The notes: a model not told the origin generated them from the sequence alone. 58,764 bases of DNA from an uncultured Candidatus Saccharibacteria bacterium (GCA_964470995.1 CAYYEP010000006.1:1-58764), one strand, 5' to 3'; shown: positions 16,544-25,885, numbered from the stretch's first letter. Translations and numbers: made by a program.

Positions 16544-17457
16544 TAAACGAAATTCTTATTGATGCGCTCAATGATACTGCGCGCATGGTGCCATTGCTTT
16601 TGGCGATTTACATCGCTATCGAACTTTTTGAATTCAAATTCGGCAGTTCAATTCGAAAGGGCGTGCAGACCGCGGGAAGCGCGGGTCCGGCGGTAGGAGC
16701 ATTGGCGGGAGCTTTTCCTCAATGCGGCTTTTCGGTAATCGCCACCGCGCTATACACGCAAAGACTGGCAACGATCGGCACCCTGCTAGCCGTTTATCTT
16801 TCCACTTCCGATGAAGCTCTGCCAATATTGCTTTCCGACCCGGCGGGCGCGGCCCTAGTTTTACCGCTAATAACGACAAAAATTCTTATCGGCATGGGAG
16901 CGGGATACGCGATCGATCTGGCCCTGCGAAAACAAAACCGCAAAGTGCTGGAACACGTTGCGGCGGCAAAAGGCGGTCGCGACAGCGCCGCGCACCACCA
17001 CGAAACTATTGCCAACGAAGCCGCCTGCTGCGGGCACGCGGCAGATGCCTCGTCAAAGAAATTCAACCCTAAGGAATTAATAATGCATCCTGTAGTACAT
17101 ACGGCCAAGATATTTGTTTTTCTTTTTGCGATATCGGCGGTTTTGGGTTTACTAATGGAGAGCGTGGGGCAAGAACGCCTGGCGGAGATTCTGGCGGCGG
17201 GCCAGCTGTGGCAGCCAATTGCGGCGGCTCTAGTCGGGCTTATTCCCAACTGCGCGGCGTCGGTGGCGATCACCGAGCTTTACCTAGCGGGGACAATCAC
17301 TTACGGCGCAACCCTGGCCGGTTTGTGCGCCAGCGGAGGGCTAGGCCTGTTAGTTCTCGCGCGCGAAGAAAGCAACAAGAAAAACATTTTTATGATATTA
17401 GGAATGCTATTTTTTATTAGCGTACTGGCGGGTTACGCGGCCCAGTTACTATTTTAG
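16540..17457 (+). CDS. Putative 10-TM heavy-metal permease (ArsP_2 family)
   Basis: Family hallmarks FPQCGFSVIATALY and LSTSDEALPILL. The central loop is His/Cys-rich (SAAHHHETIANEAACCGHAADAS). ATGA start-stop overlap with the Fur gene. Confidence 0.65.
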   Translation: MINEILIDALNDTARMVPLLLAIYIAIELFEFKFGSSIRKGVQTAGSAGPAVGALAGAFPQCGFSVIATALYTQRLATIGTLLAVYLSTSDEALPILLSDPAGAALVLPLITTKILIGMGAGYAIDLALRKQNRKVLEHVAAAKGGRDSAAHHHETIANEAACCGHAADASSKKFNPKELIMHPVVHTAKIFVFLFAISAVLGLLMESVGQERLAEILAAGQLWQPIAAALVGLIPNCAASVAITELYLAGTITYGATLAGLCASGGLGLLVLAREESNKKNIFMILGMLFFISVLAGYAAQLLF

Positions 17458-17575
17458 GAGTGTCGCTTAATTTATCTCGCATCATCATTGACATTATTTT
17501 TTAATAGTTTCATAATCATTTAGCTTGCGATTTGCAGGCAAGCTTCTTGAAATAAGACAGCGGGAGGTAAACGGC

Positions 17576-18340
17576 ATGGAAGACCCTTATTTAAAGAAAA
17601 CCAGCATTTCTATCCACGGAAACGAGGTCGAGGTTGTCTTTAATACGAGACTGACCGAGGAACAATTTTACCAATACGAGCCTTTCTGGCAATGGTGCCG
17701 GAATATGGATCCCAGCGTTAAGGTCAAGGCGATCAATATACTGGCGGCGAAGAAATTCGGGAGCAACGTGGGCTTCATGTTCATCGACGCCTACATTGAG
17801 GACAAGGACGGGAACAAGGATTCCGTCGCGGTCTATTTGCGCGGCCCGTCGGCAGTGATCCTGCTGATCCTGCGCGATGAAATGGATAACGATTATGTTG
17901 TCCTGACGCGGCAGGCCAGGCTTGCGGTCGGGCGGACCGACTTGTTGGAATTGATCGCCGGAACCATGGGCGGCGCGCAAAAGATCGCCCAAAAAGCTGT
18001 GAAGGAAATCAAAGAAGAAACCGGGTTGGAGATCGAGCCGGGACAGCTGACAAACCTGGCAACCCTGATATACGGAATGGACTGCCCGGGAATTTATGTT
18101 TCCCCGGGAGGCACAGATGAGTTATTCATTCCGTATGTGGGCATAAAAAGGATGCCAAGAAGCGAGATCGAAAAGATCGACAAAGCCCTTGCCGGGCTTC
18201 GATCCGAAGGGGAAAATATCATTGTCACGATCAAGCCCCTGCATCCGCTGGCCGAGCTGGTACGGCAACTGCCGGACGCAAAGTCTTTGATGACTTTAAT
18301 GCTCTACGAACAGGTAGAGAACAAGGTAGCGCTAGAGTAA
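17576..18340 (+). CDS. Nudix hydrolase, ADP-ribose pyrophosphatase-like
   Basis: Nudix-box-like G(x5)..AVKEIKEETGLEI. A GGGAGG SD lies before the ATG at 17576; the track ORF starts at 17525. Confidence 0.55.
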   Translation: MEDPYLKKTSISIHGNEVEVVFNTRLTEEQFYQYEPFWQWCRNMDPSVKVKAINILAAKKFGSNVGFMFIDAYIEDKDGNKDSVAVYLRGPSAVILLILRDEMDNDYVVLTRQARLAVGRTDLLELIAGTMGGAQKIAQKAVKEIKEETGLEIEPGQLTNLATLIYGMDCPGIYVSPGGTDELFIPYVGIKRMPRSEIEKIDKALAGLRSEGENIIVTIKPLHPLAELVRQLPDAKSLMTLMLYEQVENKVALE

Positions 18341-18469
18341 TAATACAAAAAATGCCAAGGCAAATAATCGCCTTGGCTTTTAAATTGAGCCGGTGAATAC
18401 CAAATTTTATACTGGTCTCGGTAAAAAAAGAGGCGCCGGACTGATACGGCGCCAAACTTATGGGCTTAC

Positions 18470-20385
18470 TTACAAATCTTTCATTTCCCTGACCCAGGCC
18501 TGGGGCAGCATGTCGGAAGGCATGCGCAAACTGCCGCGCGGGGAAAGGTCAACTAAACCGACCCGCGGGCCGTCGGGCATTGACGAACGCTTGAACTGGG
18601 CGTCGAAGAACCGGACGACAAACACCTTAAGCCATTTAATTATAACTTGGCGGGAAAATTTTCCGGCAAACGCAAGTTCCGCCAGGTAGACAATTTTTGC
18701 GGGGCGGGAGCCGCGCCGCACCATGTGATACAGGAAGAAATCATGCAGGGCATACGGGCCGATGATCTCTTCGGTCTTCTGGGCGATCTTGCCGGAGGCA
18801 ACCTGGGTTAATTCCGGGCTGATCGGGGTTGCCAATATGGCCTTAAGCGTCCGGGCCATTTTTTTATTACCGGTGACCGAAGCGTACCAGTGGTCGCCGT
18901 TGAAAGTGCACCAACCAAGTGCCAATTCGGACAGGTCGCCGGTACCAACGACGATCGACGGAAGATAAAAGTTGCTTTTTTGCATAAGGATCAGCGTGCG
19001 GTCGCGCGCCTGCGCTTTTTCAAACGCCACATCCTGGGCCAAGCCGTCATGACCGGAGGCTTTTAATGTCTCGGCGGCCAGCTTGTCGATCGGTATTTCT
19101 TCCAGTTTGATGCCAAGCGCCTTGGCCAGCTTATTGGCATTGGACCGCGTGGCGCGGCTCGTGCATCCCTTGTACGGCATCGAGTAAATGTGGATATTTG
19201 CCGGGTCATAGCTTAAAACCTCAAATGCCTTAACCGCCACCAAATATGCCAATGTTGAATCGAGACCGCCGGAAAGACCAATGATAACATGCGGGTCGCC
19301 TTTTTTGCGGCGTGCGAACATGCGATCCTCCATTGATCTTAACCGTTTGGCAAGACCCGCAACCTGGATATTGAAGACCTCCTCGCAAGCTTTCGCGCGC
19401 TCGGCCGGGTCATCCGGGACGAACGGGGAAGCGGGGTTGGGCCGGAGTAATTTTTCCGGGGTTTCCACGGCCAAGTTTATGCCGATAACGCGGTATTTAT
19501 TGTTAACTTTACGCGCGCTTTGAGCAAAACTTGTTGTCATTATCCGTTCCTGGACCTGCCCCTCGGTGTCGAGATCGACAATAATTCCGTCGGGCCCTTG
19601 GACAAACCGCTCATTTTGCGCGAGCAGCCGGCCATTTTCCGCCGCCAGGCAATGCCCGCCAAAAACAACATCGGTTGTCGATTCGCACGTACCCGCGCTG
19701 GCATAGACGTAGGCAGAGATACAGCGGCCGGATTGGTTTTTAACCAGTTCGGTGCGGTATTCGGCTTTGCCGACCAGTTCGTTGGATGCCGATAAATTTA
19801 CGATGACCGTTGCTCCCGCCAGGGCGGCGTACGAGCTTGGCGGCACGGGCACCCACAAATCTTCGCAGATCTCAATACCGATTACCGCCGTGCGGTTTTG
19901 TTTTGACCGAAACAGGATATCGGTGCCAATCGGCACGTTTTGGCCCAGGACAGTTACTTCATTCTGCAACAATGAATCCGCTCCCGCAAACCAGCGGCCT
20001 TCATAGAATTCATTACTGGTAGGGATAAAACTCTTGGGAACAATTCCCGCGATCCGGCCCCGGTCAATTACGACCGCGACATTGAAAAGCGCGGTATCAA
20101 TCCATAGAGGCGTGCCAACAACCAGTATCGCATCAATATCTTTTGTCTCTTCGCAAACCAACTGTAATACGGCAAGAGTTGCCTCCTGGATCAGCTCCTG
20201 GTTAAACATGTCGGCGATTGTATATCCCGATAAACCCAGCTCGGGAAAAACGATAAGCCGGGCGCGTTTTTTTGCCAATTTTGCCGCGCGAGCCGCACAA
20301 TGCTTTGCGCGGCGGATTGCGGATCTCCGAGCAAAAAATCCGGACTAACCGCGGCAACGCGCAAAAAGCCGGGTTTTTTGATGAT
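18470..20385 (-). CDS. nadE: Glutamine-dependent NAD+ synthetase (long form, CN-hydrolase plus synthetase domains) with an apparent frameshift near the 5' end
   Basis: The main ORF (18470-20278) has FPELGLSGY, IGIEICEDLW and the SGGLDST P-loop. The conserved N-terminal strand GFLRVAAVSPDFLLGDPQSAAQSIVRLAR is in another frame upstream. The junction falls in the A7/A4 runs at 20267-20282. Confidence 0.8.
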
Positions 20386-20551
20386 TTTTTCACCTCCTTT
20401 TTAAACGAACTTAATATCTATACCGCGGCGAATGCCGCATATTGCTTTTAAAATAAAAAATTGTTTTCGTCAATGGAGTTTTATTCTTGACATAATTAAT
20501 TTGATATTTTATTATACTTAAGCTATCCGCTTTAACGCATGGAGGAATGTT

Positions 20552-21334
20552 TTGGAAGGAATCTCTAAGTTTTGGCTGTTCAGCCATCCGGAAAAACTGG
20601 AAGCAATACGCGCCGGCCTAGAAATAGAAAAGTGGTTGCGCGGGATGGGAATGGATGTCGTCTTGAATGGCGATATGCCGGACGCCCAGGCGGCAGTTTC
20701 TTTGGGTGGCGACGGCTTTGTTCTTGATGTGGCCAATAGATTGCCTAAAGACCGCGTCGTGCCGATAGCTAGAGTTAATTTCGGCCGCCTCGGTTTTTTG
20801 ACCAATATTGAGCCTAATTCCGAGGATGTCGCCAAAAAACTGCAGATGATGATGCGGGGCGAGTATAGCGTTACCGCCCGCAACCGCTTGGCGGTCAGAT
20901 ACACCAATTCCGGCTTCCTGCCGAAGAAGGGGATCACCGCCGAGGGGTTAAACGATATTTACGTCGAGCGGAGCGAAGTAAAGACGATCGGGCTTTTTGT
21001 TAGGTTTGGCAATTTATCTTTTCCGTTTTGGGGCGATGGCGTGTTATTGGCGACCCGGACGGGATCAACCGGCTATAACCGAAATTTGGGCGGGCCAATC
21101 ATCATCAAGGAGAGCCAAATCGTCCTCAAGCTGATGGGAGTGGCTGTGGAAAACCGCGCTGCTTACGTTTTACCCGCAGAAGGCGAGTGCTCGATCACGG
21201 TCGCGCCGAACAATGCCGCGCGCCTGGTGGTTGACGGCCGCCGGCTGGTAAACGTGGCCAATGGCAGCGAAATTAAGATAAGCATCGCGCCCACAAAGTG
21301 CCATTTCATTGAATTTGGAGATGTCCTGATATAG
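20552..21334 (+). CDS. nadK: NAD kinase
   Basis: GGDGFVL motif, NDIYVER and TGSTGYNRNLGGPII. A GGAGGA SD lies 5 nt before a TTG start. Confidence 0.85.
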   Translation: MEGISKFWLFSHPEKLEAIRAGLEIEKWLRGMGMDVVLNGDMPDAQAAVSLGGDGFVLDVANRLPKDRVVPIARVNFGRLGFLTNIEPNSEDVAKKLQMMMRGEYSVTARNRLAVRYTNSGFLPKKGITAEGLNDIYVERSEVKTIGLFVRFGNLSFPFWGDGVLLATRTGSTGYNRNLGGPIIIKESQIVLKLMGVAVENRAAYVLPAEGECSITVAPNNAARLVVDGRRLVNVANGSEIKISIAPTKCHFIEFGDVLI

Positions 21335-21442
21335 GCCTTCTCCAATCCTTTTTTGGCCTCACAAAGCAATTTGCGCGGCCAAAGCAAGGAAAGTACCTTT
21401 CAACCGAATAGATATCAGAACAAAGTTCAAGGAGGCTTGGGA

Positions 21443-22912
21443 ATGGATTGGCTTTTCATGTTCTACTTCCTGATGGACCGCTATCACGCGGTCATGGCCA
21501 ACTTTTTCCTGGGCGACAATGCGACCACGCCGACCGGCGGCAAGCTTGGTTTGCAGAAGGCCGCTTATTATCTGACCCAGAGAAAATGCGCCTACGCGCC
21601 GGTAACCGGCTTTTACAAGCTGGTGGCCAAGCTGGCAAATCCCCAGTTGGACGAACCGCACGCGGAGTTTCTGCGGAAAGACCGGGCGCTACTTACCCGA
21701 TTGGCCAATGTGCTGCTGCGCAACAGCAGTTTCAGAGGCCGGATAAGGGGCGTTAAAGAAGGAACGATCATGTTTAAGGGTGAACCTTTCATGGATGTGG
21801 AAGGGGAGCTGTGGTCGGTCCACCTCATTGAGGTGGCCGCGATCCACGCATTTGATCTGGCCATAACCGTGGCCCATAATGCCATGGAGATGTGCCGCGC
21901 GTCAAAGAACAAGTGGAACACTAAAGTATTCATGTCGGTGTTCTCCCTGCGACGCGACGGGAATGTTGACCGCTCAATCGATGTTTCCCGAGCCGCTATA
22001 ATCGGCGGGTTCGACGATACATCGGACATGGAAGCGGCATTCCGCCTGGGCGTGCCCAGTGTGGGCACAATGGCACATTATCTGGTCATGGCATTTATTC
22101 AATATCTACGGTGGCCGGAATACGACGACAAAGGCAGAAAGAAGCACTTCCAGCAGGTCGCGTTCGAGCGGTGGCTGGACGACAACCCCACCGGCACGAT
22201 CCTGTTGATCGATACCATTTGGTTCAAGCTGGGCATCAAGCACGCCATTTTGGCGGCAATGAGCCGCGAGGACAGAAGGAAGGCGTTCAAGGGTATCCGG
22301 ATCGATTCCGGCGACCTCATCGACGAAGCAAGGTTCTGCCGCAAGTTGTTGGATAAATACGGCTTTAAGGATGTCGGCATCATTTTGACCGGCGACCTGG
22401 ATGCCGTAAAAATTGCCCGGATCACCGAGGCGCTGGATTTTCCGGTTATGGGATTCGGCATCGGCACCAAACTTGCCGCCGAGATCAAGTATGTTGCCGG
22501 CGTCATTTTCAAGATGTGCACGATTGGCGGGATACCCGTAATGAAGCTGTCCGATACCCCGGGCAAGGAGACAATTCCCGGCCAGGTACAGGTATGGCGC
22601 TGCTATAACACCGGCAACAAGGCGTTCATGGATATAGTTGCGTGCCTGGAAGAATCCGCACCGAGCGGCGGCGACATCGTAAGAGCTGTACCTCTGTTGG
22701 TACCGTTGTGGGGTTGCCCCGACGTGGAACCATTCGAGAATCCGGCGACACTGCTGGTCAAGGCATTCGTAGCCGAACAGCTAGCAGAATTCGACGGCCC
22801 GCTAGAAACATATAAAGTGATCGAAAGCGAGCAGTTGAAAAAGCTCAAGGAACAAGTTGCCCAGCGGATGAAGGAAGACGAGAGCGAGTTAGATATGAAT
22901 ATTGAGGATTGA
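21443..22912 (+). CDS. pncB: Nicotinate phosphoribosyltransferase family protein
   Basis: GTMAHYLVMAF, IRIDSGDL and GFGIGTKL motifs. An AAGGAGG SD lies before the ATG at 21443; the track ORF starts at 21353. Confidence 0.75.
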   Translation: MDWLFMFYFLMDRYHAVMANFFLGDNATTPTGGKLGLQKAAYYLTQRKCAYAPVTGFYKLVAKLANPQLDEPHAEFLRKDRALLTRLANVLLRNSSFRGRIRGVKEGTIMFKGEPFMDVEGELWSVHLIEVAAIHAFDLAITVAHNAMEMCRASKNKWNTKVFMSVFSLRRDGNVDRSIDVSRAAIIGGFDDTSDMEAAFRLGVPSVGTMAHYLVMAFIQYLRWPEYDDKGRKKHFQQVAFERWLDDNPTGTILLIDTIWFKLGIKHAILAAMSREDRRKAFKGIRIDSGDLIDEARFCRKLLDKYGFKDVGIILTGDLDAVKIARITEALDFPVMGFGIGTKLAAEIKYVAGVIFKMCTIGGIPVMKLSDTPGKETIPGQVQVWRCYNTGNKAFMDIVACLEESAPSGGDIVRAVPLLVPLWGCPDVEPFENPATLLVKAFVAEQLAEFDGPLETYKVIESEQLKKLKEQVAQRMKEDESELDMNIED

Positions 22913-22917
22913 GGATA

Positions 22918-23481
22918 ATGTCTGTAGTTAAGATCGACTCTAGGACAGTTGTCCTGGGTGTCGAACAACAGGTGGATTTTACCAGGCCACACGGCGCCTT
23001 CCATATCGACGGCGTTGCCGCCATCCCAAATATGAATCGGCTGATGTTAAGCCCAGCCTATGTGGTCACCACCGTTGATTGGCACCCCTTGAAACCAATA
23101 CCCCACGTCAGCTTTTTTCAATGGGGCGCGCACTGCGTACCCATGAAACCAGGCGCAGCATACGATCCCGACCTGGACACCACCAATGTGAAGGTGGAGT
23201 TCAAAAAAGGCACCGGTGTTGAAGAGGATATTTATGATTCCTTTGATATTCCGCGCCTGCCCGAATTCGTGCAAATGCTTGATCCGGATAGGGTAATTGT
23301 GATCGGTTCCGCGATTCCGGTATGCCCGACTTTAACCGCGATCAGCTCCGCCAAGCGATTTGAAACCTATGTCGCTTGGGATGCCTGTTGCTTTATCCGC
23401 GACGCCGATCTTGAAGCGGCACGGAAGCAGCTGGAGGATCACGGGGTGATAGTGAAATATACCAAGGATTTTACCTGGTAG
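22918..23481 (+). CDS. pncA: Nicotinamidase / isochorismatase-fold hydrolase
   Basis: 188 aa with VVTTVDWHP and IVIGSAIPVC (catalytic Cys context). It almost overlaps the pncB stop. Confidence 0.7.
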   Translation: MSVVKIDSRTVVLGVEQQVDFTRPHGAFHIDGVAAIPNMNRLMLSPAYVVTTVDWHPLKPIPHVSFFQWGAHCVPMKPGAAYDPDLDTTNVKVEFKKGTGVEEDIYDSFDIPRLPEFVQMLDPDRVIVIGSAIPVCPTLTAISSAKRFETYVAWDACCFIRDADLEAARKQLEDHGVIVKYTKDFTW

Positions 23482-23549
23482 ATAGTGCCGGCAGTATGAA
23501 TTTACTGCCGCTTTTTTATACGCAACCGTTAATTTTTCCTTAGCTACTC

Positions 23550-23578
23550 TTGACAAAATGATTGTAATGTGCTATATA
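23550..23578 (+). promoter_or_regulatory. Near-consensus sigma70 promoter with no downstream CDS
   Basis: TTGACA (23550-23555), a 17-nt spacer, then TATATA (23573-23578). Confidence 0.55.
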
Positions 23579-23584
23579 TTGGTT

Positions 23585-23682
23585 ATTCTTTTATTCATGA
23601 CACCAGAGGAAATCTGGAATCCCTAGGAATTAAGGTCAACGGCGGCGAACATTGACAGCCGGCGCTCGCGCGGCTGTTTTTT
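23585..23682 (+). ncRNA. Candidate ~100-nt small RNA (promoter-to-terminator unit)
   Basis: Hairpins CCAGA-GGAAA-TCTGG and GTCAA...TTGAC, then the terminator CAGCCG...CGGCTG followed by TTTTTT (23655-23682). Only a 9-codon ORF lies inside. Confidence 0.35.
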
Positions 23683-23686
23683 AGCA

Positions 23687-24330
23687 TCTAAACCCTTTAG
23701 CCGGGGTGTATGTTTGAAGGCAATGCCGCATGCTAAAGCCACCCGGCAGGGTGGCTTTAGCAACAATTATGTCTGCAAATTACCACAATCGTACAATACG
23801 TACATTAACACATTGTTTCTACGAATTAAAATACGTACCACATCGTCTGGACACCCAAATATCGCGCCAAGGTATTGGCCCATACAAAAGTAAAATACGA
23901 ATTGAGAAGAATCTTCGAAATGATCTGCAAGTGGAAGCGCTGGGAAATCCTGCAATTAAGTATCCAGGACGATCACATCCATCTTTGCATTCTGGCCACG
24001 CCCAGGGATTCGATATCATGGGTGATGCAGATTATCAAAGGCAAATCATCAGCCTGGCTGAAGAAAAAGATCAAACGGTCCCACGGTCTTTATCAAAAAG
24101 AATCGCTGTGGGCCAGAGGATATTTCGTGTCGACCATTGGCATTGATGAATACCTTATTCCGACGCTACGTGAAGCATCAAAACCATCACAATCAAGTCA
24201 ACCAGCCGTCGCTGTTTGACAAATTGATACACTAACAACAAAGCCATCTTGCCGGCGATTAGCCGGCGAATATTGAAAACCTGTAACCAGGTTTTCAACA
24301 AAGCCACCGGGCTTTAGTCCGGTGGTCGAT
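23687..24330 (+). mobile_element. IS200/IS605-family (IS200-type, tnpA-only) insertion sequence, decayed
   Basis: A perfect subterminal hairpin GCTAAAGCCACCC-GGCA-GGGTGGCTTTAGC (23732-23761) lies before tnpA. The right end carries hairpins TTGAAAACCTG-TAAC-CAGGTTTTCAA (24273-24298) and CCACCGG-GCTTTAGT-CCGGTGG (24304-24325). Boundaries are approximate. Confidence 0.65.
23769..24219 (+). pseudogene. tnpA: IS200-type Y1 transposase TnpA with one frameshift
   Basis: Frame 1 reads MSANYHNRTIRTLTHCFYEL. Frame 2 reads YHIVWTPKYRAKVL...DDHIHLCILATPRDSIS...IKGKSSAWL...SLWARGYFVSTIG. The frames switch at the A4 run at 23828-23831. Confidence 0.75.
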
Positions 24331-24427
24331 TACTTATAAATATCGCGATCGATACGAATGCTTGATTTTTTGAATGGATGGTATAGGTTAAGAATGGGTA
24401 AGTATAACCCAAAATACGGAGGTTATT

Positions 24428-24580
24428 ATGACCAGAATCGGTTTTTGCACAAAGGATTTTTTTCATATCGGACTATTGCTGGAACTGTCATGCACCTGCG
24501 AAGGGTGTCTGCATCTTGTTTATGTTTGCGAGCGGGATAACCGGCGATTGAACTTTAAACATATTTGCCGAACGAGTTGA
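24428..24580 (+). CDS. Small (50 aa) Cys-rich hypothetical protein, below the ORF-track cutoff
   Basis: GGAGG is followed by a 6-nt spacer and an ATG. The translation is MTRIGFCTKDFFHIGLLLELSCTCEGCLHLVYVCERDNRRLNFKHICRTS, with 7 Cys. Confidence 0.4.
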   Translation: MTRIGFCTKDFFHIGLLLELSCTCEGCLHLVYVCERDNRRLNFKHICRTS

Positions 24581-24617
24581 GCCGGATGTTAATTTAAAGC
24601 ACCGGTTCTATTTTTTT

Positions 24618-25808
24618 ATGATGGATAAACGAGTTATAAAAATTTTGACGGTTTTTGCGGTTGTCGGCCTTACCGCGGCCGCGGTTTTTTATTTGGGCGC
24701 AAATCAAAACAAAAGAAGCGCGAATACCGATGACCAAACCGAACCGGCGGCCGGGAGTTCCGGTGAAGTGGAAATACCCGCCGAAACCCAAACTTCCCAA
24801 AGCGAGCTAACTCCAATCGAATTTGAAGATGAATCGGGTGCGGAAATTAAAGCGAAAAGCGAAGCCGAACCCGCCAGCGAGATCTTGCCGGCGGAGAATG
24901 CAGAGGAGACCGCGACGACCGAGCGGATAATGGAGCGGTTTACGATTGCGATCGGGCAAAACGGCGTTGATATGGTAGCCAAAAATTTACTTGACCAAGG
25001 ATTCATCGGGGATGAGGGGGCGTTTAAGGCCGCAATAAAACCGGGTATTCTGGCTTTCGTTGCGGGAGGCTATAAACTTTCCAAAACGATGGATGAAACG
25101 CAGGTTGCCAGCGCACTCCAAGAAGATCCTTATATGAAGTGGATCATCATCCCCGAGGGATTAAGAAAAGAAGAAACGGCCGAGGCGCTTTCCAGCGAGC
25201 TAGGCTGGAATGAAGACCAAAAAAACAAATGGTTAACCGTCGACACGGCATCGATGCCGAATTATATCGAAGGGGTATATTTTCCCGATACTTACCTGAT
25301 ACCAGTCGATGAGGAACCGGGCAAAACTGCGGCCCGGATGCAAGCGCGGTTCAATGAAGCGTTCGCGGTTTTTTTGCCGCAATTTAACGAGCAAAATATT
25401 AAATGGACAACGGGACTAACCTTTGCTTCGATTGTCCAGCGCGAAGCCAAAAATACCGCCGATATGCCCTTGATCGCCGGAATACTCTGGAACCGGCTGG
25501 AACAGGGAATGGCACTGGGCGCCGATGCGACACTGCAATACGCGCGCGGCGACACGGGAAGCGGCTGGTGGTCGCCAGCCGGAGCCGCGGACAAGGCGAT
25601 AGATTCGCCTTACAATACCTACGCCAACAAAGGATTGCCGCCGCGCCCGATTTGCAGTCCGGGGGTCGCGGCGATCGAGGCGACATTGGCACCCGCAGAA
25701 AGCGATTGCATTTATTATCTTCACGGGAACGACGGAACGACACGTTGCGCCGCAAGCTACGAAGAACATCTTAACAATATTGAATTGTATTTAAAAAACG
25801 GGCAATGA
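24618..25808 (+). CDS. mltG: Endolytic murein transglycosylase, YceG/MltG family
   Basis: N-terminal TM segment, YFPDTYLIP, IVQREA, LGADATLQYA and SPYNTYANKGLPPRPICSPG. Confidence 0.85.
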   Translation: MMDKRVIKILTVFAVVGLTAAAVFYLGANQNKRSANTDDQTEPAAGSSGEVEIPAETQTSQSELTPIEFEDESGAEIKAKSEAEPASEILPAENAEETATTERIMERFTIAIGQNGVDMVAKNLLDQGFIGDEGAFKAAIKPGILAFVAGGYKLSKTMDETQVASALQEDPYMKWIIIPEGLRKEETAEALSSELGWNEDQKNKWLTVDTASMPNYIEGVYFPDTYLIPVDEEPGKTAARMQARFNEAFAVFLPQFNEQNIKWTTGLTFASIVQREAKNTADMPLIAGILWNRLEQGMALGADATLQYARGDTGSGWWSPAGAADKAIDSPYNTYANKGLPPRPICSPGVAAIEATLAPAESDCIYYLHGNDGTTRCAASYEEHLNNIELYLKNGQ

Positions 25809-25830
25809 TTTTGTTATAATAGAAAAACAG

Positions 25831-25880
25831 CATGTTACGTAGCTTGCTACGTAACATGCTACGTAACAAATTACGTAACA
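25831..25880 (+). promoter_or_regulatory. Array of four TACGTA palindromes at exact 12-bp spacing
   Basis: TACGTA occurs at 25836, 25848, 25860 and 25872. The first two copies sit in a 10-bp inverted repeat, ATGTTACGTA-N6-TACGTAACAT. TATAAT lies at 25815-25820 and the ATG at 25886. Confidence 0.6.
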
Positions 25881-25885
25881 AAAAA

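Noticed and set aside
18470-22912. Numerous long antisense or overlapping ORFs in the nadE, nadK and pncB region, and likewise at 13.5-15.8 kb, 24.7-25.8 kb and 31.6-33.6 kb.
   Set aside because: They overlap strongly supported genes and have no motifs. They are typical of stop-codon-poor, G+C-richer or repeat-coding DNA.
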